Source: Caldisericaceae bacterium
Lineage (GTDB): Bacteria; Caldisericota; Caldisericia; Caldisericales; Caldisericaceae
Length of the DNA stretch: 64,000 nt
Assembly: GCA_049967855.1 (NCBI GenBank)
Contig: JBMFRX010000005.1
Span: 15,344-79,343, forward strand
Reading direction: 5' to 3'
Part shown: positions 19,635-28,741 of the stretch, piece after piece
How positions within the stretch are numbered: the stretch's first letter is position 1
Layout of the letters: the number at the start of each line of letters is the position of its first letter
The notes under the pieces: generated by a model
The model's input: the letters and a program-made list of their open reading frames with translations, nothing else
What the model was told of the DNA's origin: nothing
Database searches by the model: none
Program-made: the position numbers and the translations under genes

Positions 19635-21301
19635 TAAACTGGGAGATTTATCAGAGACTCTTGGATATCAAGACTCTGTTTGAGCTTGAGGGAAAATCCA
19701 CTGAGGCATCGCTCTATGAGCAATCTGCCTACAGCATCGCTGCTCTTGAGTATCCAATTGAGACTTCGTTAGACAGGCTCTATTTTCTTCCTCGATTTGT
19801 GAAGGAAGACATTGAAGAGATGTTAAACGGCCAAGAGTGTACAACCAGAGAGTCTCTTGAAAAGGTCATACCTAAAAGCTTGCGTGCCATATCAAGAATT
19901 CCAGGTTTGAGGGCAGATGATGCAAAAAAGATTTATGAGAGTATTTCTGCTGACTCGATAGATGATATAAAAAATGCGGTTGATTCTGGGAAAATTTCAG
20001 CCATTTTTGGAGAAAGATTTGAGAATGAATTGAGACGTCGACTTTTTGAGTATCAGAAGGACAACCGCTCTTTAAATCTCTTTGACTCATTTTCATATGC
20101 AAAATCAATAATAATGAGCCTGGAGGGCTATTTTAAAATAGAGCTAGCAGGAAGCGTAAGGCGTGGAAAAGAAATTACCGAAAACATTGACTTTGTAGTG
20201 CTTGCAAACATTGATGAAGGTTATGAGAAAATTATGAACGTTATCCCTGCTAAACGTTGTGAACGAGAACGAGAAGATGCCCTGCATCTCAGGGACAAGT
20301 ATGGAAATCTTTTGAATTTCTACTTTGCAGATGCCGAGTTTTACTATTCTAAGCTCCAATACTACACGGGTTCTAAGCTTCATAATAGAGCCCTTGCAGA
20401 AATAGCTAAGGCAAAAGGCTTTAAGATTGCTAAACGCGGTTATATACTGGTTGGAGCGAGCAGCGAGGAAGAATTTTACGAAAAGTTGGGTATGAAGTAT
20501 ATTCCACCTGAAGTGAGAGAAGGAGAAGATGAAATCGAACTTGCAGAGAAGGGAAGCCTACCAAAGCTAGTCGAAGCAAAAGACATAAAAGGGGATTTGC
20601 ACGTTCACTCAGATTTTAGTGACGGAACAAATTCTATTTACGAGCTCAAAGACGAAACTGCTTTCTTAGGATACGATTATTTTGCTGTTACAGACCACTC
20701 TTCATCTCTCAAAATAGCTAACGGACTTAGTCATAAGAGGCTATTAAGAGAAATTGAAATTATTGATAAAATAAATAGTGAGAAATCTTCACCTTATATT
20801 TTGAAAGGAACTGAAACGGAGATTAATGATGATGGAAGTATTGATACAAGTTCTGAAGAAAGAGGAAGGCTCGACTTGGTTGTTGGTGCACTGCACTCTT
20901 TTTCTCAGAGAAGCGCTGAGAACACAGAAAGGATTGTTAAAGCAATGAAGAATAATTTAATTAACACACTTGCCCACCCGACAGGTAGAATTATCAACGT
21001 TAGAGAATCAATTGCCATAGACTTTGACAAGGTTTGTTCTGTAGCCTCATCAAGTGACACCGCTCTTGAGGTGAACCTGTTTCCAAACAGAATTGACCTC
21101 TCTAGCAACCTTGTAAAACAAGCTTTATCAAACGGTGTTAAGAGATTTACTGTTGGAACAGATGCTCATAGCGCAGGCCACTTGCATTTTATGGAATACG
21201 GCTTAAAAATACTTAGACGAGCCTGGCTGTTGCCAGAAAATATTTTAAATACATTTGAGCTTGAGGAGCTTAAGAAAACCCTATGGATGAAGAAACATTA
21301 A
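19631..21301 (+). CDS. polX: Family X DNA polymerase/PHP fusion, non-canonical polymerase site
   Basis: AGSVRR, YYTGSKLHN, YIPPEVRE; PHP motifs DLHVHS..SDG, TDHS, LAHP, GTDAH. Confidence 0.9.
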   Translation: MINWEIYQRLLDIKTLFELEGKSTEASLYEQSAYSIAALEYPIETSLDRLYFLPRFVKEDIEEMLNGQECTTRESLEKVIPKSLRAISRIPGLRADDAKKIYESISADSIDDIKNAVDSGKISAIFGERFENELRRRLFEYQKDNRSLNLFDSFSYAKSIIMSLEGYFKIELAGSVRRGKEITENIDFVVLANIDEGYEKIMNVIPAKRCEREREDALHLRDKYGNLLNFYFADAEFYYSKLQYYTGSKLHNRALAEIAKAKGFKIAKRGYILVGASSEEEFYEKLGMKYIPPEVREGEDEIELAEKGSLPKLVEAKDIKGDLHVHSDFSDGTNSIYELKDETAFLGYDYFAVTDHSSSLKIANGLSHKRLLREIEIIDKINSEKSSPYILKGTETEINDDGSIDTSSEERGRLDLVVGALHSFSQRSAENTERIVKAMKNNLINTLAHPTGRIINVRESIAIDFDKVCSVASSSDTALEVNLFPNRIDLSSNLVKQALSNGVKRFTVGTDAHSAGHLHFMEYGLKILRRAWLLPENILNTFELEELKKTLWMKKH

Positions 21302-23640
21302 GAATACTTGGATACTTTGACATCACCGATGAATTGTCTCGCCTCTGTATAACGAGTGGAGGAAAGGATTTTGCTCATAGACTTAAACCTCTTGAAACTT
21401 ATGATGAAGCTCTCTTAGAGCTTAAGGAGACCACTGAGGCAAAGTTCTTTTATGACAAAGAGGGAGACTTGCCTTTCGTTGAATTTGTCGATGTTGAGCC
21501 CATACTTGACAGCATTCGAGTTTTATCAATCGTAAGAGGCGAAGAGCTACTGAGAATTGCAAGTTTTATAAATACCCTCATAGAAATAAAGGACATAGGT
21601 GAATCGTTCAGTGACCAGCTGTCTCTCTTGAGAAATTATACCTCCAGAATAAGCGCTCTCCCTGAGATTGCAGAGAAAATTTATCATTCCATTGAACCAG
21701 ATGGCACCGTAAAAGACGATGCGTCGCCTTTGCTTTCAATAATAAGAAGGGAAATAAAAATATCATACGGAAGAATTCAGACAATATTGCAAAGCTTCAT
21801 TTACTCCAAAGATTACGAGGATGTCATACAGGACCCTATTATTACTAAGAGAAATGGAAGATACGTAATTCCGATACGACAGAATGTTAGGCCTGCCTTT
21901 CAGTATATTGTTCAAGGCGAATCGAGCACGCGCTTAACTGTTTTTGCTGAGCCAATCTCTGTAGTTGAACTTAATAACAAACTCGTTGACCTTGCATCAA
22001 AAGAAAAAGCCGAAGAAGAAAGGATAATTTTGGAAATAGAGGAACTTATTGCATCAAAGATGGGCAGCATATCAAGCTCCTTAGGAGAAGTCTACAAGCT
22101 GGATTTCATTTTTGCAAAGGCAAAGCTTTCCTCAAAGCTCAAAGGAGAAGAACCAGAACTTGCAACCGATTGCGAGATTTACCTTGCTGAAGCACGCCAT
22201 CCTTTTATTCCTGAGGAAGTCGTTGTGCCTATAAACGTTGAGGTTGGCAAAAACTTCAGAATGCTTGTAATTACCGGGCCAAACACTGGCGGCAAAACTG
22301 TAACTCTTAAAACCATTGGTTTGTTGACTTTAATGGCAATGTCGGGGCTGCATATCCCTGCTTATTCTTCGTCGAAGATTGGCTTCTTCAGTAAGGTGTT
22401 TGCTGATATTGGGGATGAGCAGAGCATACAGCAAAGTCTTTCGACGTTTTCGTCACATATGAGAAAAATCATCAATATTCTTAACAATGCCGATAATAGA
22501 AGCCTTGTGCTGATAGATGAACTTGGCGCAGGAACAGATCCAGAAGAGGGCTCTGCGCTTGGTTATGCAATACTTAAGAAACTTTATGAAATTGAAGCGA
22601 CTACTGTCGTTTCTACTCACCACAGCAAACTTAAAGAGTTCCCATACAAGTTTAAACTTTCTCAGAACGCAGCGGTTGGATTTGACACTGAAACCCTTGC
22701 TCCGACTTACCATCTCTATATTGGGATACCAGGAGAAAGCCATGCTTTTGTCATTGCAAAGAATCTCGGCCTTGCTGATGATATTCTTAATGAGGCTGAG
22801 AGCCAGCTATCAGAGGACTTTGTAGAATCCAAAGAGATAATTTCGAGGATGTCTCAAGAGCAAAAAAAGATTGGAGAATCAAGAGAAATCATAGAGAAAA
22901 ACAGGGAAGAAGCCGAAGAACTCAAAAAAACTTTAGAAAAAAAGGTTCAGGATATTGACGACAGAAAGCGGGTTGAGGTAAAGAAAGCTTACGATGAAGC
23001 GAGAAGAATTGTTGATGAAACCAAGAAAACTATGAACGAAATTCTTGAAAACCTCGATAATGCAATAAAGAGCCAGAAAGTGATTCAGGAACTCAAAAAA
23101 ACTTTTACAGAAGAAAGCCAGAAAATTGAAGAAGCCATTGAGCAATCCGAGCCAAAAGAAAATGTTGACATATGCGAGATTCAGGAGGGGACGCTTGTCT
23201 ATGTGCCTCATTTCAACAAGCAGGGCATCGTTTTATCCAAACTTGAAGATAAAGGAAAACTTGTGATACAGATGGGGAGCATTAGAGCCTCTGTGTCCAT
23301 AAATGATGTCAAAGCTATCAACAATGCAACTTATACTCCTCCTGTGCAGAAAGATGAGGAAAAAAGCGAAATACTTAAAGAGTTATCAAATTTGCAAGTC
23401 CCAATGAAGATAGACCTTCACGGTCTGACTGCTGAAGAGGCAATAGAGAAGCTCGATAAATACCTGGATTCGGCATATCTTGTTGGAATGCCTTTCGTGT
23501 ATGTTGTCCATGGCAAAGGTTCTGGAGCCTTAAGAGAAGCCGTAATCAATTACCTTAGAGCAAAAGAACATGTGTCTCACTTTTATATTGGCACACCTGA
23601 GGAAGGCGGAAGTGGTGTGACAATAGTTTACTTAAAATGA
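21283..23640 (+). CDS. mutS2: Endonuclease MutS2
   Basis: ITGPNTGGKT, ADIGDEQSI, LSTFSSH, DELGAGTDP; coiled coil, KOW-like segment and Smr domain (IDLHG...VHGKGSG). Confidence 0.96.
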   Translation: MDEETLRILGYFDITDELSRLCITSGGKDFAHRLKPLETYDEALLELKETTEAKFFYDKEGDLPFVEFVDVEPILDSIRVLSIVRGEELLRIASFINTLIEIKDIGESFSDQLSLLRNYTSRISALPEIAEKIYHSIEPDGTVKDDASPLLSIIRREIKISYGRIQTILQSFIYSKDYEDVIQDPIITKRNGRYVIPIRQNVRPAFQYIVQGESSTRLTVFAEPISVVELNNKLVDLASKEKAEEERIILEIEELIASKMGSISSSLGEVYKLDFIFAKAKLSSKLKGEEPELATDCEIYLAEARHPFIPEEVVVPINVEVGKNFRMLVITGPNTGGKTVTLKTIGLLTLMAMSGLHIPAYSSSKIGFFSKVFADIGDEQSIQQSLSTFSSHMRKIINILNNADNRSLVLIDELGAGTDPEEGSALGYAILKKLYEIEATTVVSTHHSKLKEFPYKFKLSQNAAVGFDTETLAPTYHLYIGIPGESHAFVIAKNLGLADDILNEAESQLSEDFVESKEIISRMSQEQKKIGESREIIEKNREEAEELKKTLEKKVQDIDDRKRVEVKKAYDEARRIVDETKKTMNEILENLDNAIKSQKVIQELKKTFTEESQKIEEAIEQSEPKENVDICEIQEGTLVYVPHFNKQGIVLSKLEDKGKLVIQMGSIRASVSINDVKAINNATYTPPVQKDEEKSEILKELSNLQVPMKIDLHGLTAEEAIEKLDKYLDSAYLVGMPFVYVVHGKGSGALREAVINYLRAKEHVSHFYIGTPEEGGSGVTIVYLK

Positions 23641-23682
23641 TTTAATCTCTGATGGCATTTAAGAGATTGTGTTCATAACTGA

Positions 23683-25908
23683 ATGGAGCAAAGTGTGAGT
23701 AATAGAATTCTTATTTTCTTTGACTTGGAAACCACTGGCCTTGATGCAGATTCCGACGATGTTATAGAAATCGGAGCCATAAAGACAAGTGACGGCGAAG
23801 TTATCGAGAAATTTCACAGTTTGGTTAAGCCTCGAAAGGGTTTAACTAAATTTATAACAAACCTTACGGGAATTACAGAAGAAGACCTTAAAGATGCTAA
23901 AGAAGCCGAGCAGATAAAAGAATCCATCAGTAATTTCATAAACAATTACCCGTTAATAGCTCATAACGCTTCTTTCGACAAAATGTTTCTTGAGAAACTT
24001 CTTTCAAGGCCGTTGCAAAACCCTGTATTTGATACGCTGGAGCTTGCGAGAATATTTTTCCCTGATATGGCGTCTCACAGTCTTCAGAACCTGGTGCGAC
24101 AACTTTCTATAAAAGACGCAGGGCCGCACCGAGCGCTTGGTGATACAGAAATGCTGCTGGATTTGTACAGGAAAATTGTTGCCGAAAAGGAAAATTTCCC
24201 TGCAAAATTGCTCAAGGTGATAAGAGAAACCGTCATAGATACAGACTATAGTGAGCTCTTTGGGGATGATTGGGATTTCTCAAATAATGATGAAGATTTT
24301 ACGTTATTTGGAACATATACTGCGCCAGAACTTGTTTTGCCTTTTAATGAGAGCAGCGAACACTCACAGTTTGAAAGCGGAGTTTTTTACATTGAGTCTG
24401 ACTCAAGCAAAAATGCAATTGATGAAGCTTACAAGATAGCAAAGTCTGGCAGGAAGGTTGTAATCTCTTTTTACTCGACTGATGAAATTGACTATGCAGC
24501 TCAAAAGTTCAAAGCACAAGGTTTTGATGTAGAAAAAATAGTGCAAATCGAAGGTATGCTGTGTCCGAAGAAGATACAATTCTTTATGGAACACAGGGAG
24601 TATATTCCTCGAGCATTCAGGTCGCATTTTGCAATCCTTGTTTCTTATCTTTACAAAACGAAGAATCTTGTCGTTACCGATGCCCCAACTCATATATTGA
24701 AAAATCCTTTGGTAAAAGTGTTTTCAAGCTGTGACGAACCATTAGAAAAGTGCGAGTTTGAAAATCAGTGTCCTTTTTTCAACAAACGTGAGAGACTTTC
24801 CCAGGCGCAGGTTGTTTTGACCAGCCACCAATTCATTGTAAAAGATTCGTTTTTCAACAGCGTGTTTGCCTCGAGTAGTCTTATAGTAGTTGATGCTTTC
24901 AGATTGCCAAAGATTGTTTATAACGCAAGGATAAGCTATTCATTGGAGGAATTGGAGATGATTTTGAAGTACTACGGGGGTAAGAGTGACTCAGAACAGC
25001 TTCTTAGAATAGTTTTTGAGAGAATCGAGAATACTGAATCTAAGGATTTTTCAAAAGAAATTGAAGCGCTCAGAACGATATTCAGTGGTATAAAGAACGA
25101 GCCCTTGAGGAATTTTTTTATAAGAGATAGTTATTACATTGACAGAAGAGGAAGTAGGACAAGCATAGTAGCCTCTAATGAGCGGCCAGAAAATCTGTTC
25201 AGAAAAGTGAATTCGACTTACAGTTCTATCCTATTTTTTTCTCCAAAGAATACAATCGAAGAAGTAAATATCATTGAGGAATTTACAGGACTTGATGGTA
25301 AGCTGCTTACCATAGGCGTTCCCAATGAGCATAAAAACGTGATTTCAATAGTGCCGCTCTACCTATCTCCCTCTTACAACGGTTCCTTTATGGGTGAGTT
25401 CGTTGACTTTTTCTCGAAGGTTCACAGGGAAGGGTACAGTTCGGCAATAATTTTCAACCAGCAAACGCTTCTCAAAGAAGTTTATTTCGAAATGAAAAAC
25501 AGAGGAGTCGACCCAAAAGCAATCGGAATTGACCTTGCCCAAGGAAGTTCAAAAATAGATTTATTTCTATATGACTATCCGTTTCAAAAGGATTATGATG
25601 AAGTTTTCTTTGTGAAACTTCCTTCTATACAAAGCGAAAACTATATAAATGAGAGTTTTGAATATTTTTCCGCGATTATAATAAGAAACGTAGCAGAGAC
25701 TATTGTGCAGCAATCTGAAAATCCGAAGATATTTTTCTATTTTGACAGCAAGCTGAAAAGAGAAGACTTCAGAGCAAAATTTGAAGAACTGTTTGTTACG
25801 TTCCCACTCTTTTTAGAGAAGGAAGAATCAGTTTTGCGTATGCTTACAACCTGGTCTGCTCGGCACATCTCAAATAAGAAAGATGGGCCTCCGTTTAAAG
25901 AAGAGTAA
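23683..25908 (+). CDS. DEDDh 3'-5' exonuclease fused to a degenerate DinG-like helicase region
   Basis: DLETTG, HNASFD, HRALGD exonuclease motifs; downstream LCP...C...C...CPF Cys cluster and AQVVLTSHQ resemble DinG; no Walker A or DEAH. Confidence 0.75.
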   Translation: MEQSVSNRILIFFDLETTGLDADSDDVIEIGAIKTSDGEVIEKFHSLVKPRKGLTKFITNLTGITEEDLKDAKEAEQIKESISNFINNYPLIAHNASFDKMFLEKLLSRPLQNPVFDTLELARIFFPDMASHSLQNLVRQLSIKDAGPHRALGDTEMLLDLYRKIVAEKENFPAKLLKVIRETVIDTDYSELFGDDWDFSNNDEDFTLFGTYTAPELVLPFNESSEHSQFESGVFYIESDSSKNAIDEAYKIAKSGRKVVISFYSTDEIDYAAQKFKAQGFDVEKIVQIEGMLCPKKIQFFMEHREYIPRAFRSHFAILVSYLYKTKNLVVTDAPTHILKNPLVKVFSSCDEPLEKCEFENQCPFFNKRERLSQAQVVLTSHQFIVKDSFFNSVFASSSLIVVDAFRLPKIVYNARISYSLEELEMILKYYGGKSDSEQLLRIVFERIENTESKDFSKEIEALRTIFSGIKNEPLRNFFIRDSYYIDRRGSRTSIVASNERPENLFRKVNSTYSSILFFSPKNTIEEVNIIEEFTGLDGKLLTIGVPNEHKNVISIVPLYLSPSYNGSFMGEFVDFFSKVHREGYSSAIIFNQQTLLKEVYFEMKNRGVDPKAIGIDLAQGSSKIDLFLYDYPFQKDYDEVFFVKLPSIQSENYINESFEYFSAIIIRNVAETIVQQSENPKIFFYFDSKLKREDFRAKFEELFVTFPLFLEKEESVLRMLTTWSARHISNKKDGPPFKEE

Positions 25909-25995
25909 AAAGGCTGCGAACTTTTTTGTAAACTGAGAATAAGCATAAAAACAATCTTACAGGGAACTTGCGGTTGTTTTACTCAATTTTGGCAC

Positions 25996-26023
25996 TTGAC
26001 AAGAAATCCTAATTCTGTAAACT
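25996..26023 (+). promoter_or_regulatory. sigma70-type promoter of rpsU
   Basis: TTGACA-16 bp-TAAACT. Confidence 0.7.
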
Positions 26024-26076
26024 AAGGTATATAAGTTGAAAGGAGGCGAATTTCTGGCTCCGGCTGGATTGGAACA

Positions 26077-26241
26077 GTGGCAGAGGTACATAAGAGACAA
26101 AATGAAACCGTTGAAGACCTTTTGAAAAGGTTTCGCAGAGAGTGCGTTAGAGACGGTCTTTACACAGAGATAAAGAAGAGAAGATACTACTTACCTCCAA
26201 GTGTAAAGAAGAAGTTGAAAGAACCTAACAAGAGAAAGTAA
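26077..26241 (+). CDS. rpsU: 30S ribosomal protein bS21
   Basis: Own translation from GTG: MAEVHKRQNETVEDLLKRFRRECVRDGLYTEIKKRRYYLPPSVKKKLKEPNKRK (54 aa), typical bS21 pattern. Below the ORF-track cutoff. Confidence 0.93.
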   Translation: MAEVHKRQNETVEDLLKRFRRECVRDGLYTEIKKRRYYLPPSVKKKLKEPNKRK

Positions 26242-26245
26242 AAAC

Positions 26246-26270
26246 GGGCAGGGTAATACCTGCCTTATTA
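26246..26270 (+). terminator. Hairpin / weak terminator after rpsU
   Basis: GGCAGG-GTAATA-CCTGCC followed by TTATT. Confidence 0.5.
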
Positions 26271-26292
26271 GGAATAAGGGAGGGAAACTCAA

Positions 26293-26544
26293 ATGGCTGT
26301 AGGTGCAGTTACAAAAAAAGTGTCAGTTTTGATTCTTACCGATGTGTATATTATTAGAGGCTACATCAATAGTCCAGCAAATATGCGCCTTTCAGATTCA
26401 ATCAACAAATTCCTGAGAGAAACTCAATTCTTAGCAGTTACTGATGCAGAAATCACCGTAGTTTCAACAGGTGCCTTGCTTGAAAAGCGCGACTTTGTGC
26501 TTGTAAACAAAGACCTGGTAAGGGGACTTTCTCCTAACGAGTAG
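26293..26544 (+). CDS. Small conserved hypothetical protein (DUF6812-like)
   Basis: GGAGG RBS; IRGYI..P...RLSDSIN...FLAVTDA pattern, recalled rather than searched. Confidence 0.6.
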   Translation: MAVGAVTKKVSVLILTDVYIIRGYINSPANMRLSDSINKFLRETQFLAVTDAEITVVSTGALLEKRDFVLVNKDLVRGLSPNE

Positions 26545-27790
26545 TTTTATCGCCGTTATTTAATAAGGCTTCCTTCAGGCTGTCTATTGTTGGCTCTATT
26601 ACAACAGGGCTCTTCACAGCCTTTAGTGCACTGTCAACATCCTTTAGTCCATTTCCTGTTACAATAACAACAACTTTGCTTTTCTTTGATATCGTTTCGC
26701 TTCTTAACGCTTTCAAATATCCCGCAAAACCAGCCGCACCAGCAGGCTCTGCAAAAATGCCTTGAACTGTACCAAGTAATTTTATCGCCTCAAGAATTTC
26801 ATTGTCAGACACCGATACCCCAAATCCCCCCGAATTCTTTATATCTCTCACTGCCATCAAGCCATTGCGAGGAACACCCACAGAAATGCTGTCAGCTATG
26901 GTTCGAGGATTTTCGATATTATGAATGATTCCATCCCCATTGACAGCCTCAACAATCGGGCTGCAGCCTTCTGCCTGGACAGCAACAAGCCTTGGCATCT
27001 TGCTTATGAAGCCAAGTTTATACAAATCATAAAAGCCTTTGTTTACTCCTGAGATGATGCATCCATCACCTACGGAAACAAAAACATAGTCTGGAACATC
27101 AAAATCTAATTGCTCGGCAATTTCAAGCGAGACAGTCTTTTTTCCTTCTACCATATATGGGTTAAATGAAGTGTTACGGTTGTACCAACCGAAATTCTCA
27201 GTTGCTTCAATTGACAAGTCGAAAGCCTCGTCGTAGCTCCCGTTTACTGCGAAAACCGTTGCTCCAAAGACGAGCAGCTGTGCAAGCTTAGCCTTTGGGG
27301 CAGTTTTTGGAACAAAAATATAATTCTTGAGCCCGAGTGAAGCAGATGCCCCAGCAAGAGAAGAAGCTGCATTTCCAGTTGAAGCACACGTTAGAGTGTC
27401 AATGTTCAGTTCCTGCGCCTTAACAACAGCAATAGCTGACGCTCTGTCCTTGAGAGAAGCTGTTGGATTTCTACCATCGTCTTTTATCCAGAGCGAGCTA
27501 ACTCCAAGGTATTCTCTTACCCTTTGTGCTGTGTAGAGCGGTGTCCAGCCAACCTGCAATGGGCCAACAAAATTTTCTTGCTGAACAGGTAAAAGTGGAA
27601 GATATCTCCACATTGAATACTCTCTGTTTTCAGAAAGAGTCTTCTTAGTGAAGAATTGTCTTATCCTGTCGTAATTGTAATTTACCTCAAGGATGCCATT
27701 GTTGCCGCAGTGAGGACAGGTATACCTTACCTCATCTGGTTTGTATTCCCTGCCGCATACAAGGCACTTCAAAGAGACAATGTTATCCAT
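26534..27790 (-). CDS. Threonine synthase-like fold-type II PLP enzyme
   Basis: N-terminal CxxC...CxxC, SMWRY, NPTASLKDR (PLP Lys), ASTGNAA, EGKKT, VGDG, EPAGA, TGNGLKD. Confidence 0.85.
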   Translation of the reverse strand: MDNIVSLKCLVCGREYKPDEVRYTCPHCGNNGILEVNYNYDRIRQFFTKKTLSENREYSMWRYLPLLPVQQENFVGPLQVGWTPLYTAQRVREYLGVSSLWIKDDGRNPTASLKDRASAIAVVKAQELNIDTLTCASTGNAASSLAGASASLGLKNYIFVPKTAPKAKLAQLLVFGATVFAVNGSYDEAFDLSIEATENFGWYNRNTSFNPYMVEGKKTVSLEIAEQLDFDVPDYVFVSVGDGCIISGVNKGFYDLYKLGFISKMPRLVAVQAEGCSPIVEAVNGDGIIHNIENPRTIADSISVGVPRNGLMAVRDIKNSGGFGVSVSDNEILEAIKLLGTVQGIFAEPAGAAGFAGYLKALRSETISKKSKVVVIVTGNGLKDVDSALKAVKSPVVIEPTIDSLKEALLNNGDKTTR

Positions 27791-28741
27791 TTATTTCTCC
27801 TCTCGCGAAAAAGGCAGACCAAGTTCTCTTGGCACACCGAGGTGTTTGAAACGAACAATAAGTGTTGATATTATTACAACAATTAAAGTGAGGAAGTAAG
27901 GTTGCATTGAAAGTAAAGAAGAAGGAATTGTTGTGCCTGATGCCTGCAGGAGGAATTGCAACGAATCAATACCACCGAAAAGGTAAGCTCCAAATATAGC
28001 TATAATCGGATCCCACATTGCAAATATGACAAGGGCGACTGCAATCCATCCTCTTCCTGCGGTAATGCCATCAAGCCAGAATGGTGCGTATCCAATTGTT
28101 AGATAGGCTCCGCCAGCTCCAGCGAGTAATCCTCCAAAAAATGTCCAGAAATATCTTGTTGCGTACACATCCACACCCATAGCGTCTGCTGCAACAGCAT
28201 TTTCGCCTACTGCACGCAAATGTACGCCGACCTTCGTTTTATAAAGAATATACCACATTGCAATTGCAAGAACGTATGAAAAATAGACAATCATATCCTG
28301 TTTGAAAAAGATGTTTCCTATTACAGGTATTTTAGAAAGAATCGGAATACTTATTTTTGAGAAACCGTTCTTCAGCTGAAGGTTGACGAATTTCTGTCCG
28401 TAGAAATTTGTAATTCCAAGACCAAAAATGGTCAAGGCAAGGCCGCTAACAACCTGTTTGCCCTGTAGCGTGATTGTTATAAATGCGTGTATGAGAGAGG
28501 CAAGCCCTCCCGCAAGCATTCCAGCGAGAAAACCAAGGTAAGGATTCTTTGTTAGATATGTTACGATAAAGCCTATAAAAGCTCCAATAATCATCATCCC
28601 TTCAATGCCGAGGTTCATAACGCCCGAGCGCTCGGTGAATATCTCGCCAACAGTTGGGAAAAGTATAATTGTCCCAGAACGAACGGCAGTGTAGAAGAGA
28701 TTTGTGAGAATAGTCAATAGAGATGGGCTTAACATTTTCAT
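27791..28741 (-). CDS. Nucleoside/purine ABC transporter permease (NupC-like)
   Basis: ERSGVMNLGIEG, LRAVGEN, GRGWIAVA. Confidence 0.9.
   Translation of the reverse strand: MKMLSPSLLTILTNLFYTAVRSGTIILFPTVGEIFTERSGVMNLGIEGMMIIGAFIGFIVTYLTKNPYLGFLAGMLAGGLASLIHAFITITLQGKQVVSGLALTIFGLGITNFYGQKFVNLQLKNGFSKISIPILSKIPVIGNIFFKQDMIVYFSYVLAIAMWYILYKTKVGVHLRAVGENAVAADAMGVDVYATRYFWTFFGGLLAGAGGAYLTIGYAPFWLDGITAGRGWIAVALVIFAMWDPIIAIFGAYLFGGIDSLQFLLQASGTTIPSSLLSMQPYFLTLIVVIISTLIVRFKHLGVPRELGLPFSREEK

Noticed and set aside
25963..25991. GGAACTT upstream of rpsU as another ECF promoter
   Set aside because: No GTCTA at the 16-bp distance; a good sigma70 promoter follows.
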